Shown here: positions 41,276 through 54,404 of the stretch, in pieces
Layout of the letters: every line of letters begins with the position of its first letter
Position numbering within the stretch: position 1 is the stretch's first letter
Assembly (NCBI RefSeq): GCF_026210795.1
Contig: NC_089436.1
Span: 1,736,001-1,800,000, forward strand
Direction: 5' to 3'
Length of the DNA: 64,000 bases
Source: Rhizophagus irregularis
Taxonomy: Eukaryota
Notes under the pieces: generated by a model
The model's database searches: none
What the model was told of the DNA's origin: nothing
Seen by the model: only the letters and a program-made list of their open reading frames with translations
Position numbers and translations under genes: made by a program

Positions 41276-41534
41276 TATATTTTTTAACGTTAAGATTACT
41301 TATCTTTGTTTTATTGAAGAATTGGGTATTTTTATTATTATCGCATGGTAACGTTAAGATTATTTTTATTATATATAAGTTATGTGATCAATATGATCAC
41401 ATGATAAGTGGCGATGCATCGCCATGGCAATAAATTAACTCTATTATTTTTATTAATTTGATATTATTCTTTTAAAATTACTTTATTTTTTTTTAATTAG
41501 CCCAAAAAAAAATTTTTAATTTTTTTAATTTTTT

Positions 41535-42078
41535 ATTTAATTTGAATTTTTTATATTTTTTTTATTTTTATACCCTTTAATTTCAAAGTTTTGTTATTTC
41601 TAAATATTGCTTTATTTAATTTGAATTTTTTATATTTTTTTATTTTTATACCCTTTAATTTCAAAGTTTTGTTATTTTTAAATATTGCTTTATTTAATTT
41701 GAATTTTTTATATTTTTTTTATTTTTATACCCTTTAATTTCAAAGTTTTGTTATTTCTAAATATTGCTTTATTTAATTTGAATTTTTTATATTTTTTTAT
41801 TTTTATACCCTTTAATTTCAAAGTTTTGTTATTTTTAAATATTGCTTTATTTAATTTGAATTTTTTATATTTTTTTTTATTTTTATACCCTTTAATTTCA
41901 AAGTTTTGTTATTTCTAAATATTGCTTTATTTAATTTGAATTTTTTATATTTTTTTATTTTTATACCCTTTAATTTCAAAGTTTTGTTATTTCCAAATAT
42001 TGCTTTATTTAATTTGAATTTTTTATATTTTTTTTTATTTTTATACCCTTTAATTTCAAAGTCTAAATATTGCTTTAT
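41535..42078. repeat. Tandem array of seven 78-80-bp T-rich units
   Basis: TACCCTTTAATTTCAAAG recurs at 41571, 41649, 41728, 41806, 41886, 41964 and 42044. Confidence 0.95.
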
Positions 42079-42289
42079 ATTAAAATTACAGAAAAACATG
42101 TCATTATCAAATTAGATTTAATTTTATTTAATTTTTTAAAGTAAAAAATAATATTTTTAATTTCAAAAGTTTGGCCCCTTATACCTTATACCCCGCGTAT
42201 GTTTATAACAATTGCGTTCATATTATATTATCTGTTGAATTATATATATATATATATATATATATTTTCAGTAAAACTTGTTAAACCTT

Positions 42290-42485
42290 GCGCTTTAGTG
42301 ATTCAGATTTTCAAATTGGTAAAAAAAAAAAGCAATCAAAACGTCTGTCTACAAGACCATTTGAATGTATAATAAACGCGAAAGCAAAAACAAGAATTTC
42401 AATGAATTATATTGAAAAAATTTTACCTTTTAAAAATGCCGTGTATTTATTTCATAACATTTCGTCTCGTTTATGCGATAACTAT
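42290..42485 (+). pseudogene. Second Crinkler-like HhH C-terminal fragment
   Basis: QIGKKKKQSKRLSTRPFECIINAKAKTRISMN; nucleotide similarity to the reverse complement of 20370-20510. Confidence 0.5.
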
Positions 42486-43158
42486 CTAAAGTCAAGGTAC
42501 AAATGTACAAATTTCCTTATCTGATACTTTTTTTTTTTTTTTTATAAGACGAAAATCAGGGAAAGTCGATCAACCCTTTCGAAATAAACTTTATAAACAA
42601 ATTTTTTTTTTAAAAAAAAAACATATTTGATACTGTAAGTAAAAAAAAAACAATATTATATACAGTAGTAGGATTAAAATTTTTTTTATTAATTATATTT
42701 TCATATATTTCAGTAAAAACTTAATTTAAATTAATTATGTTATTAAAAAGAAAAGAATTATCCCGGCTAACTAAAAATTCTCATAAACTAACGAAAAAAA
42801 TAATTTATTGAGTATATCGGTAATATATACGTAATGAAAAAGTAACGAAAAAAAATGAATGATAAAATTTTACATTGTAACGAATGAGTATTTACTAATG
42901 GCGTGTGTGTATGGTTAATAAATATTATAAACAAGAAAAAAAAAATTCTATTGTATGTGCAAGAAAGAAAAATGTATGTGAATAAATTCTTAAATTATTT
43001 CGTTCGTAAAAAAAAAAAAAATGCCAATTTTTTTTGCCAATTCTAAGTTTATACAAATGTGAAAATAAACATAGGTAATCATATTAAATCTATATATACA
43101 TAAAATAAAGTTTTAACAAAATTATGCCAATTCCTGTATTGTCATTTCTCATATTCTT

Positions 43159-46100
43159 TTAGCATATTTCATATTCCTCAAAACTTCTAAAACTACCGAT
43201 ATCCATCATTGTAACGTTATTTGATTCAAATTGATCATAATCGGTATCGTATATTGAAGTATCAATATCGGTAGGTGAAGTTACTCTTATTTTTTCTAAT
43301 AAATTAATCGATGATTCGTCGTTTTGATTATCAAAATATAATGCGTTAATTTCTTTTTCTTTTTCCGAAAATGAAGATGATGAAGACGAAGATGAAGAAG
43401 AAAATGGAGATGACATTCTCGATCTTGAACGTGAAGAAGTCGGAGTAGTTGTGGGGATGTTATTGAAAAAATTAAAAGTGGTTTCAATCGGTGTGGTTGA
43501 ACTGCTATAATTAAAAGATATACGGCTATTATCATCATCATATATTAAAGACGATTCATTTTCTTCTAAAATAACACAATCATTGTTATTTTCGGAAGTA
43601 AATGAATTGACATTGCTATCATTTATGTCCGTGAAAACATACCTTTGCGATTGCTGTAAGGTAGGAGAGATAGGTGATGAACTTGGTGAGGTGGTAAAAA
43701 TTTCTTGAGTGATGGGTTTAAGTGACTGATTTGAACGAGAATGCGATGATAAAGAATGTGATTTAAAGGTATTTAGATTCATAGAAGATGTGGAACTAGG
43801 GAGTGATTGTGTTCGTTGAGGTTGTAAATAACTTGCTGAAGAAGAAACTATTGAAGGAGTTTGATTGGCTGATGATGTAGGTGTAATGTGATCGTATGAA
43901 GAATTATCACTAAATATGTCCCAAATTTGTCCACTTGAAGTATTCATCTGAGATTGTTGCATTTGCGCAGCAAATGGATCCGTGAATAATGATTCGGCAG
44001 ATGTAATATTTACGGGAACGAATTGTTGATTCCCTCCATTATCTCCTTGAATATAAGGACTTGATTGTTGAATTTGATTTGAAGAAGGTTCATTTCTCTT
44101 TTGTGGTACAATTGATTGAACTGAATTGGTTGATTTCATGTTATTTACACTTTCAATCGAGCAAGGTTCAGAAGTTATTTTAATCTGAGGAAGTGAGGAA
44201 GAATTTCCTAAACCAAGATTACTTAAACCAAAAGAACTTAAGGTTAAATCCAACCCATCAGGATTAACGATTTCTCCACTTGGTGTGATACCAAAAATTT
44301 CTTCATGACTAAATTTATCTTGATATTTTATCAAAGTACTTTCAAGTAAAGAAGTTGTTTTTTGTACCAATTCTTTCATTATATTATTTTGTCTATAGAA
44401 TTGACAAATTTTGACGGTTTTAATTACATTTTTATATGAATTAATCGCTAAACCTCTTTGTGGAGATGTTATATTTATCGAATGAACTTTTGCTGCTTTG
44501 CAAAGACAATAAAACATTGCTGGGAAAGATACGCAAGAATGAACATCCAATGCTTCGACTAATAAAATAAAATATAAAATTTTATATTTAGTATAATTTT
44601 TATTTTACACGTATAAAAAAAAAAAGTAAAAGTTAAAAAAAATTGATGATTTACCTCCGATATTAGTTATTTTATTCGCCGCAGTATTACAAATATTCAT
44701 ACTCTTTATAAAAGTTCTACTAGTTCTAAAATTTCGATCTCCTCTTCTTAATTTATCATACTCGGCAACGTATGGATAATGCAATAATAAATATAAAGTT
44801 TGATGAAGCATATGTAAAGATGCGACATGACCAGGTAAATTATGTGGGGAAGGAATATTTTGTGATGAAGGAGCATAATTTAAATATGGAGGTAATTCTC
44901 TAGACCATTCAGATAATAAAGATTCAAAAATATCTATAGTAGCGTGATGATTCCATGAAGCTTGTAATCCAGCACAAGAAACTGTTTGTAGATGTTCCAA
45001 AATTTGTCCGGTAAGTTTCGCAATACGAATATAACTAATAAAAATATTTATTTGTTGTTTATAATTAGAACTATTAGAATAAGAAGTAGAACTTGAGCTA
45101 CCCTCATTATTTTGAAAATTTATATCATCTTGATCAATTTCATCTGGAGAAGGAAGATCAATATCACACATTTTATCATTAATAACTAATGGATCCCCAG
45201 TGTTAAGTGAATTTAATCTATCAAGAATGAAACAGCCCCACCAAACTAGTTTTTTAGTTTGACGATCTTTTGCACCTTGATATGCTGCGCCATTTTTACG
45301 ATTTAATTCAATAGTTTGAGCCATTTTAATCGCAATGGAAGAATATGTTTGGGAACGATATGAAGAAGGTTTGCCTTGATCAACCATATAAAGTAATATT
45401 AACGCTTGAATTGTTGATAATCTAGGAACGTCAATAAAATAATCCAACAATCCTGAAAAAAAAAAAAATTTTTATTTTAGATAAATTGTAATTTTTGATT
45501 GTGACCATTATTATTATTATTATTTTAACTTACTTCTCGCTCGGTCATAAAAAAATTGAGAACTATATTCGCTATTCTGTTTTACAGTGGGTGGAAACAT
45601 TGCACCAACAGCCATAATAACTTGGAGTAATAATTTTGAAGGTTGATTTTCATCATTCACATTTTTCAACAAGCGATAGAAATTTCCATGATTAATAATA
45701 GGAAGATATGGATGTACATATTTAAAATATCTTTCGAATAATGATGATGATATATCTTCAGGAATTGGCTTTAAATTAACAGGTAAATTTGGCAATGGAG
45801 GGTCGACATAATCGGATAATGCGTTATCCGAATTTTGATTATCAAGCATTAGGTAAGATAATGTATTACTTTGTAAAGTATTTGATGCATTTGGATGAAT
45901 CAAATTATTTAAAAGAATTTCATCATCATCATTAGTTAATTCATCAGAGTAACCAGGATAATTTTGTGACATATCAGAAAATTCTAAATGAATAGTAATT
46001 ATAAAGATATTATAAAATATTAAAACATTGTTTTTTTTTTAAAAAAAATAAAATATTAATTTATGAAGAAATATAATAATTCACGTTTTATGTCTTTTGA

Positions 46101-46485
46101 AAGATTGGAAATATCAGGAATGGTATCTTTATTTACGAGGTTAACCAAAAGAGATTCAATTGTATGTAGTCTATCTTCAATTAAAGCAACGAATCCTTTA
46201 GGAGGACCCCTAGGTCGTTTCGCAGATGCATCACTGAATGTGCATTGATAATCTAAAAGAAATAAGATACAAAAATTAAAAATCCATTGTATATTTATTA
46301 TTTATATATTGAATAATTTTTTACTTACTTCCACGTTGGCAATTTGCGCAAGGTGATTCACCATCACATTTGACCTTTCGCCTACGACAAGTATCACATG
46401 CCGTCGTTATTTTTACTCTTTTATTTTCTTGAGAGTCACAGTTTGAGTCGTCAACAATCATATCGTCTAATATGATCAAACTCAT
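43159..46485 (-). CDS. Zn(II)2Cys6 transcription factor with fungal-specific TF (middle homology) domain (5 exons)
   Basis: Exon 1, missed by the ORF track: KRVKITTACDTCRRRKVKCDGESPCANCQRG..YQCTF. Then YFKYVHPYLPII, LSTIQALILL, KKLVWWGCFILDR...GDP...CDIDLP and a Ser/Gln-rich acidic tail. Confidence 0.96.
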
Positions 46486-48220
46486 ATTCTTTAATAGAAT
46501 TTTCTGGAATTTACTTTTGAATTATAATTGGAAGAAATTTGATTTAATAAAGAAGAAAGAAATTTGGGTTAAACGAATGAGAATAAAAGGAAAATATTTA
46601 CTTGTGAGATGAATTACGTAATTAGGAATGGATTATTAAGTAAAAGGTTTTTCTTATGTAAGATATAAATTGTGTTTTTGAATGTTAATAATGAGAGGAA
46701 ATGATCAAATATATCAATTCCTAAGAAAAAATATATATTTAAATTTTTTTTTTTATATTTATATAAAGTATCTCTGTAATTGAAAATTACTGGTCACAAG
46801 ATACTTTCATTATTATTTATAAAATGATTCTATTTAAATTTATATTTAAATTGTTAAGAAGAGAGAGGGAGAGTACTATTTACTAAACTTTTTAACAGTT
46901 GAATTTATTATTCCCCGATCTCCTAATAATCATTTTTTTGGGACTGTGTTTCTAACAGCCCTTTATATATGTTTTTATAAATATATATTATTCTGTGATC
47001 GACAGTATACTTAATATGTATATATACAGTAAACAATATAAAAAAAAAATTTTTATAATAAGGCTAATAAATAAATAAATAAATAATCGATATCCGATAT
47101 AAAAAATTTTTTTTTTCATTTAAAGGACAAGATATTATAAATCTTTTTATGAAACGAGATCCCTTTAATATAATAACAAATATTTATAATAATTAATTAA
47201 AATGTATTAAAAAAATATATATATATATCAAATACAGGTACTTTGACTTTCACTCAGTTGTATTTTCTTTAATTTAGAAAAAAGAGAAAAAGTTTCGTAA
47301 TGAATATTTATTAATGAATATTTATTAATAAAAAGTTTGAATCTTTTTATACTTGAAAATCTTTTCCTGTGAAATGGTTCTTTTTTTTTTCAATTTGTGT
47401 TCTGTATAACTTTTTGTGAGAAAACGCGGGTACCTTAGTAAACTATATCAAGTTAGATATTAGAGTTTATATTATTATTATAATAAGTATAATAAGTATT
47501 TCTATGATACATATACTTATGATACTGACGTATATAATATTCTGTAATAGTTTATATTGATATTTGTTTTGTTTTTTTTTGCATTTATTTGTTTTATTTA
47601 CTCATTTTCTTTTTAAAATAAACTGTAACTTAAGAAGTAGGATTCGAACTTAAAATGGATGAATTTGTTACGCGACCATTCAAATTTTGGCGCATGGCGT
47701 AAATAAACCCGATTGATGACAGGTCCTTTGAGAATTATATAATTTATATGATTGCGTTAACATGAGTTATCAATATATTAATATGGTAATATTATTATTA
47801 TTTAAAATTTTTAAAATTTTAAATTACAATTGAAATTTATTTATATTTGTAAGATCTTTCGGATAAAGCTTATTAAAATATTAGTAATGAAAGGTTTTTT
47901 AAATATTTTAATATATTTAATATATGCTTTCTCCGATTTTTTTCAAAAAAAAAAAGTCTATCTTTACGGATTTGATTCTAATTCGATCCCGAATATATTT
48001 AGTAACATAAATAGCTAAAATAAGTAATATCGTAACATCTCGTGATATCGTGCCTTATTTATTGTTTTATTGTTTCCCGTTGATCTTTAATTTTAAGATT
48101 TCGGATACGAGGGAAAGATGGAAGAGTCCATAAAAAATATATAAGAATATAAGAATATAAATATATTTCATATAATTTAAGAAACCTTTATGGAAACTCC
48201 GAAAAATCTAACCAACATCT

Positions 48221-48253
<33 letters not shown>

Positions 48254-51200
48254 TAATAAGCTAATATCTTTTATATTATTATATTATTAAAAAATGAATA
48301 TTCATATTAAATTTAATCTTGAACGTTTGTATCACGGTAATAAAATGGTATGATCATTTATTTATGAAACAAAAAAAAAAAAATTTTAAATAAATATTAA
48401 AATTCAAAAAGGTTTTGTAAAAAAAGTTTAGATTTTAGTTTCGGAAAAATTAATGACTTGATTATATAAATGCCACATGGCATGTGGCCAATTAGATTTC
48501 ACTCAAAGATGTATGTATTTCATTAGAATTTTGGAATTTGGAATTTTGAAACTTACATATAACACGAAAGAACACGAAAAGATAATAATAATTATTTATG
48601 AACGAGTAAAATGAATAATTATAAACGATTCGTACTCTGTAACATATATTTTCGCGTTCTCGGAATTTCTAGATTAAAAATTGGCTAAATTTAGTTATCG
48701 ATTTATAGGTAACTCAGCTACCCGAGCATAATAATCTTTTTAGTTAAAAATTTAATATTAATTAAAGTTATTAATATTTTATAAATGCAAGAATTTGAAA
48801 TTGAGTTAATTAAAAAAATTGTTATATTATTGTGTTAAGGAGTAAATTAATTTGTACGATAGAAATGTTGGAAATGTCACCTAAATGATTTTATTATCAC
48901 TATATCAATAAGTCGTGTAATTTGTAGATCTTTTTTTTCTTTGTTTAAAATCTGAATTTTTAATTCACGTGTCATACCTTATTACAGCCCACCTTATCTT
49001 TTTAAAACCAATAAAATTTGCAGCTTTCTATCACACGATGTAACACGACAGGTATGTCATTTTACGGTCTCTCCCGCCATAAATTATGTAGTGATTGTCC
49101 AGATTAAAATCATTGTTTTCTTTGTCTACAAAATATTATTTACTAATCCTTTGACAAACGAATTTCCTTTAAGAATTACTCCCTCCCTTTTAGGTAGTTT
49201 AATTGAGCGGGGCCATTTGTTGTGTAACATTTTTTAACGCCCACGCGATAATTTTGCGCCATTATTAAATTAAATTTATTATTTATCGTATGACATTAAG
49301 ATGCAAACTATCCCTGATCATCAAAAATTTTATTTTGCTTTAACTTTTTTTGATTGATTCATTACGCCATTTTATCCCTCAAATTCTTTCGTAAACACAA
49401 AAATTCCCCCTACCCAATAAATTAAATTAAATCTTTTAAAAAGGAAAATTACGACAGCACGCGACAACACGATTTTAAATTCTAATGTTTTCATTTGTTC
49501 GTACAACTTTACTTAGGTTAAAAAAGGGAATCACATGCCGTTATAATGAACCTTTTTCAAATGAGGCTTATCGATTTTCACCACGAGACCAAACATCTTA
49601 ATCCATTCTTTGGCGTTATGATGACACAAAATAGAATATCTCTACATTTCTCAGAATACTCTAATCAACAACGGTCATAATATTTCCCGCGCCCGGGCCT
49701 ACACTATGTTTGACATAAAAGATGTCAAATTTTTATGGTTTTTTTTTTTCTTTTCTTTCTTTCTTTCTTTTTGCGCAGTAGATTATCATCACAAGTTATT
49801 TAATAAAATCATGCGAGATTTTCATTAATCACGACATTTTCGTTGTAAAGAAAGAGAAGAAGGCACGAGTGATATTCCAGCAAAAAAGTTTTTCTTAATA
49901 ATCATCATTTCCCCATATTTTTTATTGACGTTCCCTCCTTAAATTGTAAAATATGCATGATTACATATATGATTAACATTTATATTTATGTAATTACAAA
50001 TTCGTTGGCTGAAAATAAATTTTAGCCTCACGAGGTTTTCCTAATATAGATGGTTCATTTAATTAATTGGTTAACTACTTTATTACAAATGAATAAAAAT
50101 TATAAACTTTGGCGTAATGTTTTTGTTACATATCCACGTTTGTGTGATCCGAAACAGTCCGAGGAAATTTCGACTCAGTCAATAGTACATTCTATCACGT
50201 GACTTCACCTGGAAACATCCGTTATTACCGTTATTATGTGTTCCTACTTTTGTGTATTACGGAAAAATAAATAGATTTCTTTTATTATTCGGAGTTATTC
50301 AATCAATTCCGTTGACTTATTAAAATTTATCATTATTTTCTCGGTTCAAAAGGATAATAAATATTGGTATTCATATATTCAATGGAACTGAAAATGGCAA
50401 TAAACCGTAAAAAACAATAAATTTACCTATTTAAAATAGTTATATTCTCAAGGATATACTGTATATACGATTTTTAATACTTGAAATTATTATTTGTCAT
50501 CCAATTTATCTAGTGCTTTTATTTTGCTTTTTTATTTATTTATTGAATATATAATGAATATTTTATTTAAAAAATTACCTTCTATATGATTATTATTTAA
50601 ATTCTTTTCTTTCCTAATCATACTAACTTTTATTAATTTACCAAAAATTTTTGCTTTTTGATTTCAATATATATATTTCTTTTTTAATATTTTTAATTTT
50701 ACCGTTGCTAAACTTAACCGTGATTACAATCACCATCCCGGTTGTTTCACCACCTTTTTTAATTTTCATTAGAGATTATGATTATAAGGTCATTTGTCAC
50801 GTGATTTATATTATTTACGATTTGTAAGACGAAGTGAAACAATTATTTATATCAATATAGCATTCATTAATAAATTTTATTTCATTAATTATTATGATAT
50901 TATTACAATGAAATTTTTACAAAAATATACATTATCTGTTATCATTAGATAATGACTTAATTTCCCATATTATCATTATTGCTATCTATGAATAAGATTG
51001 ACTTTAACTGCAGGCTGCAGGCGGCAGGCCACACTTGTTTCTGCATTTCGTTTACTAATTCGATTTATATTCATTATATTCACAAGTTCTTTTATTTCCA
51101 CTTGTATTTTTCATTCTTTAAGTGAATACTTTATATTTATTTTCAGTATTTGGTTTATAATTATCTGAATAAATTAATTATCATCTAAAAAGTAATATAA

Positions 51201-53062
51201 TCAATCTCCTTGATATTTAGCATAACCTTTTAATAATACATATTTATCAAAAAAATCTATTAACTTTCTTTTATAAATTAAATTCTTTACTAATTTGTAA
51301 TATTTGTTCTTTATTAACTTTTATATAATATTTAAAATTAGTGATTTTCATTTTCTAAACTATTTTTATAATTATAATCAGAATAATTATAAAGAAAATC
51401 TGAAAAAAAATATATGTGTATAAATAAAGCTTTGGCATATTAATTTTATAAAATTCAGATAAAATTTGAAATAAATTCTGATAAAAATTTGGAATAAATT
51501 CAGATAAAATTCAAATAATATAATAATTATATATATATATATATATATATACAATAATAAAATAGAATAAAAATAATATTTATTTTTCTTACATAAAATA
51601 GTATTGCTGCCCAAAACTTATTTTGAACACTTCATCAGCCTTTGCTTTTTCTTAAACATATCTAAGTTTAGTACAAAGTTAGCAATTTTCAAATAATTAG
51701 CTTCTAAAATCAAACAATGTAAAAGTGTTACCCATATGACCATATCACATGCATTTTAATATTGCAATAAGTTTTAGCAGATACTTAAAATTACTTGGCT
51801 AATATTTTGCAAAATTAATTTGAATTATATTTTTTTACCCTGCAGATTGATAGATCAAAAAGAAATTGAAGTATTAAGTAATTATTAATTAATCTTTTGA
51901 AATTTAGTAATAAAAAATAGGATGATCAATTAATATTCCTACTCATATTTTAGCAACTTTGGAAAGGCTTATGAGAGATAAAGTTTGTATTAAACCTGAA
52001 GGATATCAATTTTAAAGATTCTGAGCAAAACTGAAATATTTAATTATTTGACTAAACTGAAATAGTTTAGTCATTTAAAATTGAAAAACAAAATAGCAAA
52101 ATTTAATATTTTATAGCATTTATGTAGATTTTTTATAGATTTTCATGGATTTTTAATTATAATAATTATTTATAAAAATATTATATTTAAATTTATATTA
52201 AAATATAATACTTTTTAAAAAAATTTATAAAACTATTATATATATAATATAATTTGAATTTTTCTAATTATCATCAAGGGTAATGATTACCAATGACTGA
52301 AATTATAATAATCAACCAGCATTAAAAAAATATAGTGCCAGTAAAAATTGATAATTCTGGCCAATGATGATGATTACTCCCAATAATTTAAAGTAAAAAA
52401 CATATAATTTTATATATTTTTATAATAAAACTATAATTAAAATTAAAATTAAAAATTATTACTATTTAGTTTAATCAATAATGAAATTAAAACTAGTTGG
52501 TGGTAAAACCAAAATTTTTAGCAAAAAGAGTTTAGCCAAGTATTATTAGTCAATTTTATTGAAAATTAAAAAAATTAATACTATGTTTTAATTGTAATAA
52601 ACTAATTTCTTCAGTTTGTGATTGATGTCCATTACATATTAGAAGTTATTATATATTTAATATTATAACAGGTTTTAATTAAAGAAGCAAAAAAAACTTA
52701 TAAGCAAATAATAGACGCTTATAAAGATATACTTGCAAATTTTAATATTACTCTTTATATGGAATGCTTTTATTCAATAAAATTAGAAGAGAGAGAATAT
52801 TGTGATAATTGTTAGTTAGAATAAGTATTAAAAGATTATTTCAGCCAACTTTATATCTAAATTTTAGCTAGAATTTTGGATATAATATCTGTTAAATTTT
52901 CATTAGATTTGCTTTTTATATTTTTTTTATTAAAGTTTTATGATTATTAATATATTATTTAATAAAGTAATTTGTGCAGAATTCTTTCTTGACTAAGGAA
53001 AAATTAAAACCATTCTGCAGATTTTTCTATATTTTTACAGAGAATTATTTATTAGATTTACC

Positions 53063-53355
53063 AGAACTCCAGACATTATATATACAACTCAGAGAGTAAC
53101 TTTTTAGCAAATTGGTCTAAATTTTTAAAAAAAATCACATTTTTTGTGATTATCTCTGCATCCAGTAGTTCAATTTATGCGAACTTTTTTTTGTTTTGTA
53201 GCCCTTATCGAACTCTATAAATAAAAAAAAATCCATATGAATCAGATCACTGAATGCTGAGATAATCACAAAAAACTGAAAATAAAAAAAAAGCAAATTG
53301 GGTTTTTTTTGGCAAAAAATCAGTTGTGAGTTCTATAAAAGATGTCTGGAATCCT
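53063..53355. mobile_element. MITE with AGG-type termini, same family as 36900-38252
   Basis: Perfect 8-bp TSD GATTTACC (53055-53062 / 53356-53363). TIR AGAACTCCAGACAT / AGGATTCCAGACAT. Body is the reverse complement of about 37200-37456. Confidence 0.88.
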
Positions 53356-53587
53356 GATTTACCACCTTGTACTTTTAGTACTGCAGGAGAGATGGAAAAT
53401 AGATAAGAAAACATATACAGTCAACTCTCTTTATAGTCACACATTTGGGACAGTCCATATTTGGTGATTATAAAGAGATGTGACTATATAAAAAATTTCT
53501 TATATTTGTATATCATAATTCCGGCCAAAAATTAACATAATTTTAAGTTTTCAAATTTAGAATTATACTTAAAACTTTATTGTATCG

Positions 53588-54404
53588 TAACTTCGCCAAT
53601 ATTAATCGTAGAGAGATGATCTTACCGCCATTCGATTCGTCTTGATGAGACGGTTCTAATGGTATAAAATACGTCGAAATCCAATCACTAGATTAATTTC
53701 CGAAATTAAAAAAATATTAATGGTTTTTGTGTAATAACTCTGCCAATATTAATCGTAGAGAGATGATCTTACCGCCATTCGATTCGTCTTGATGAGACGG
53801 TTCTAATGGTATAAAATACGTCGAAATCCAATCACTAGATTAATTTCCGAAATTAAAAAAATATTAATGGTTTTTGTGTAATAACTCTGCCAATATTAAT
53901 CGTAGAGAGATGATCTTACCGCCATTCGATTCGTCTTGATGAGACGGTTCTAATGGTATAAAAATACGTCGAAATCCAATCACTAGATTAATTTCCGAAA
54001 TTAAAAAAATATTAATGGTTTTTGTGTAATAACTCTGCCAATATTGATCCTAGAAAGACGATCTTACTACCATTCGATTCTTCTTGATGAGACGAATCTA
54101 ATGGTATAAGATACATCGAAATTCAATCACTAGATCAATTTCCGAAATTAAAAAATATTAAATGGTTTTTAAGTAATAACTCCGTCAATATTGATCACAG
54201 AGAGATGAGCTTACCACCATTCGATTCGTCTCGATGAGGCGATTCCAACGAGCTATAAATCGTCTTTTTACAATCACTAGGTACCGAGAAATCTAGCAAA
54301 ATGTCAAATGGCGCAGTAAACGTAAATCAAGAAATATTATAATGCCGATGTTCAACATTTTGTTGAATAACTCGTCAGCCAGTGATCAGAAAAGGATAAA
54401 ACTA
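53588..54404 (+). repeat. 147-bp tandem array with an internal palindrome
   Basis: Unit anchors at 53595, 53742, 53889, 54037, 54184 and 54374. Units 1-3 nearly identical; the sixth unit resumes at 55390 after the insertion. Confidence 0.95.

Noticed and set aside
41851..42115. ORFs 41851-42099 and 41906-42115
   Set aside because: Translations of the 78-80-bp tandem repeat.
47636..47652. tRNA at an isolated B box (GTTCGAATCC, minus strand)
   Set aside because: No A box or cloverleaf nearby.
53588..54404. CRISPR array
   Set aside because: The sequences between palindromes are near-identical rather than unique spacers; eukaryotic context, no cas genes.
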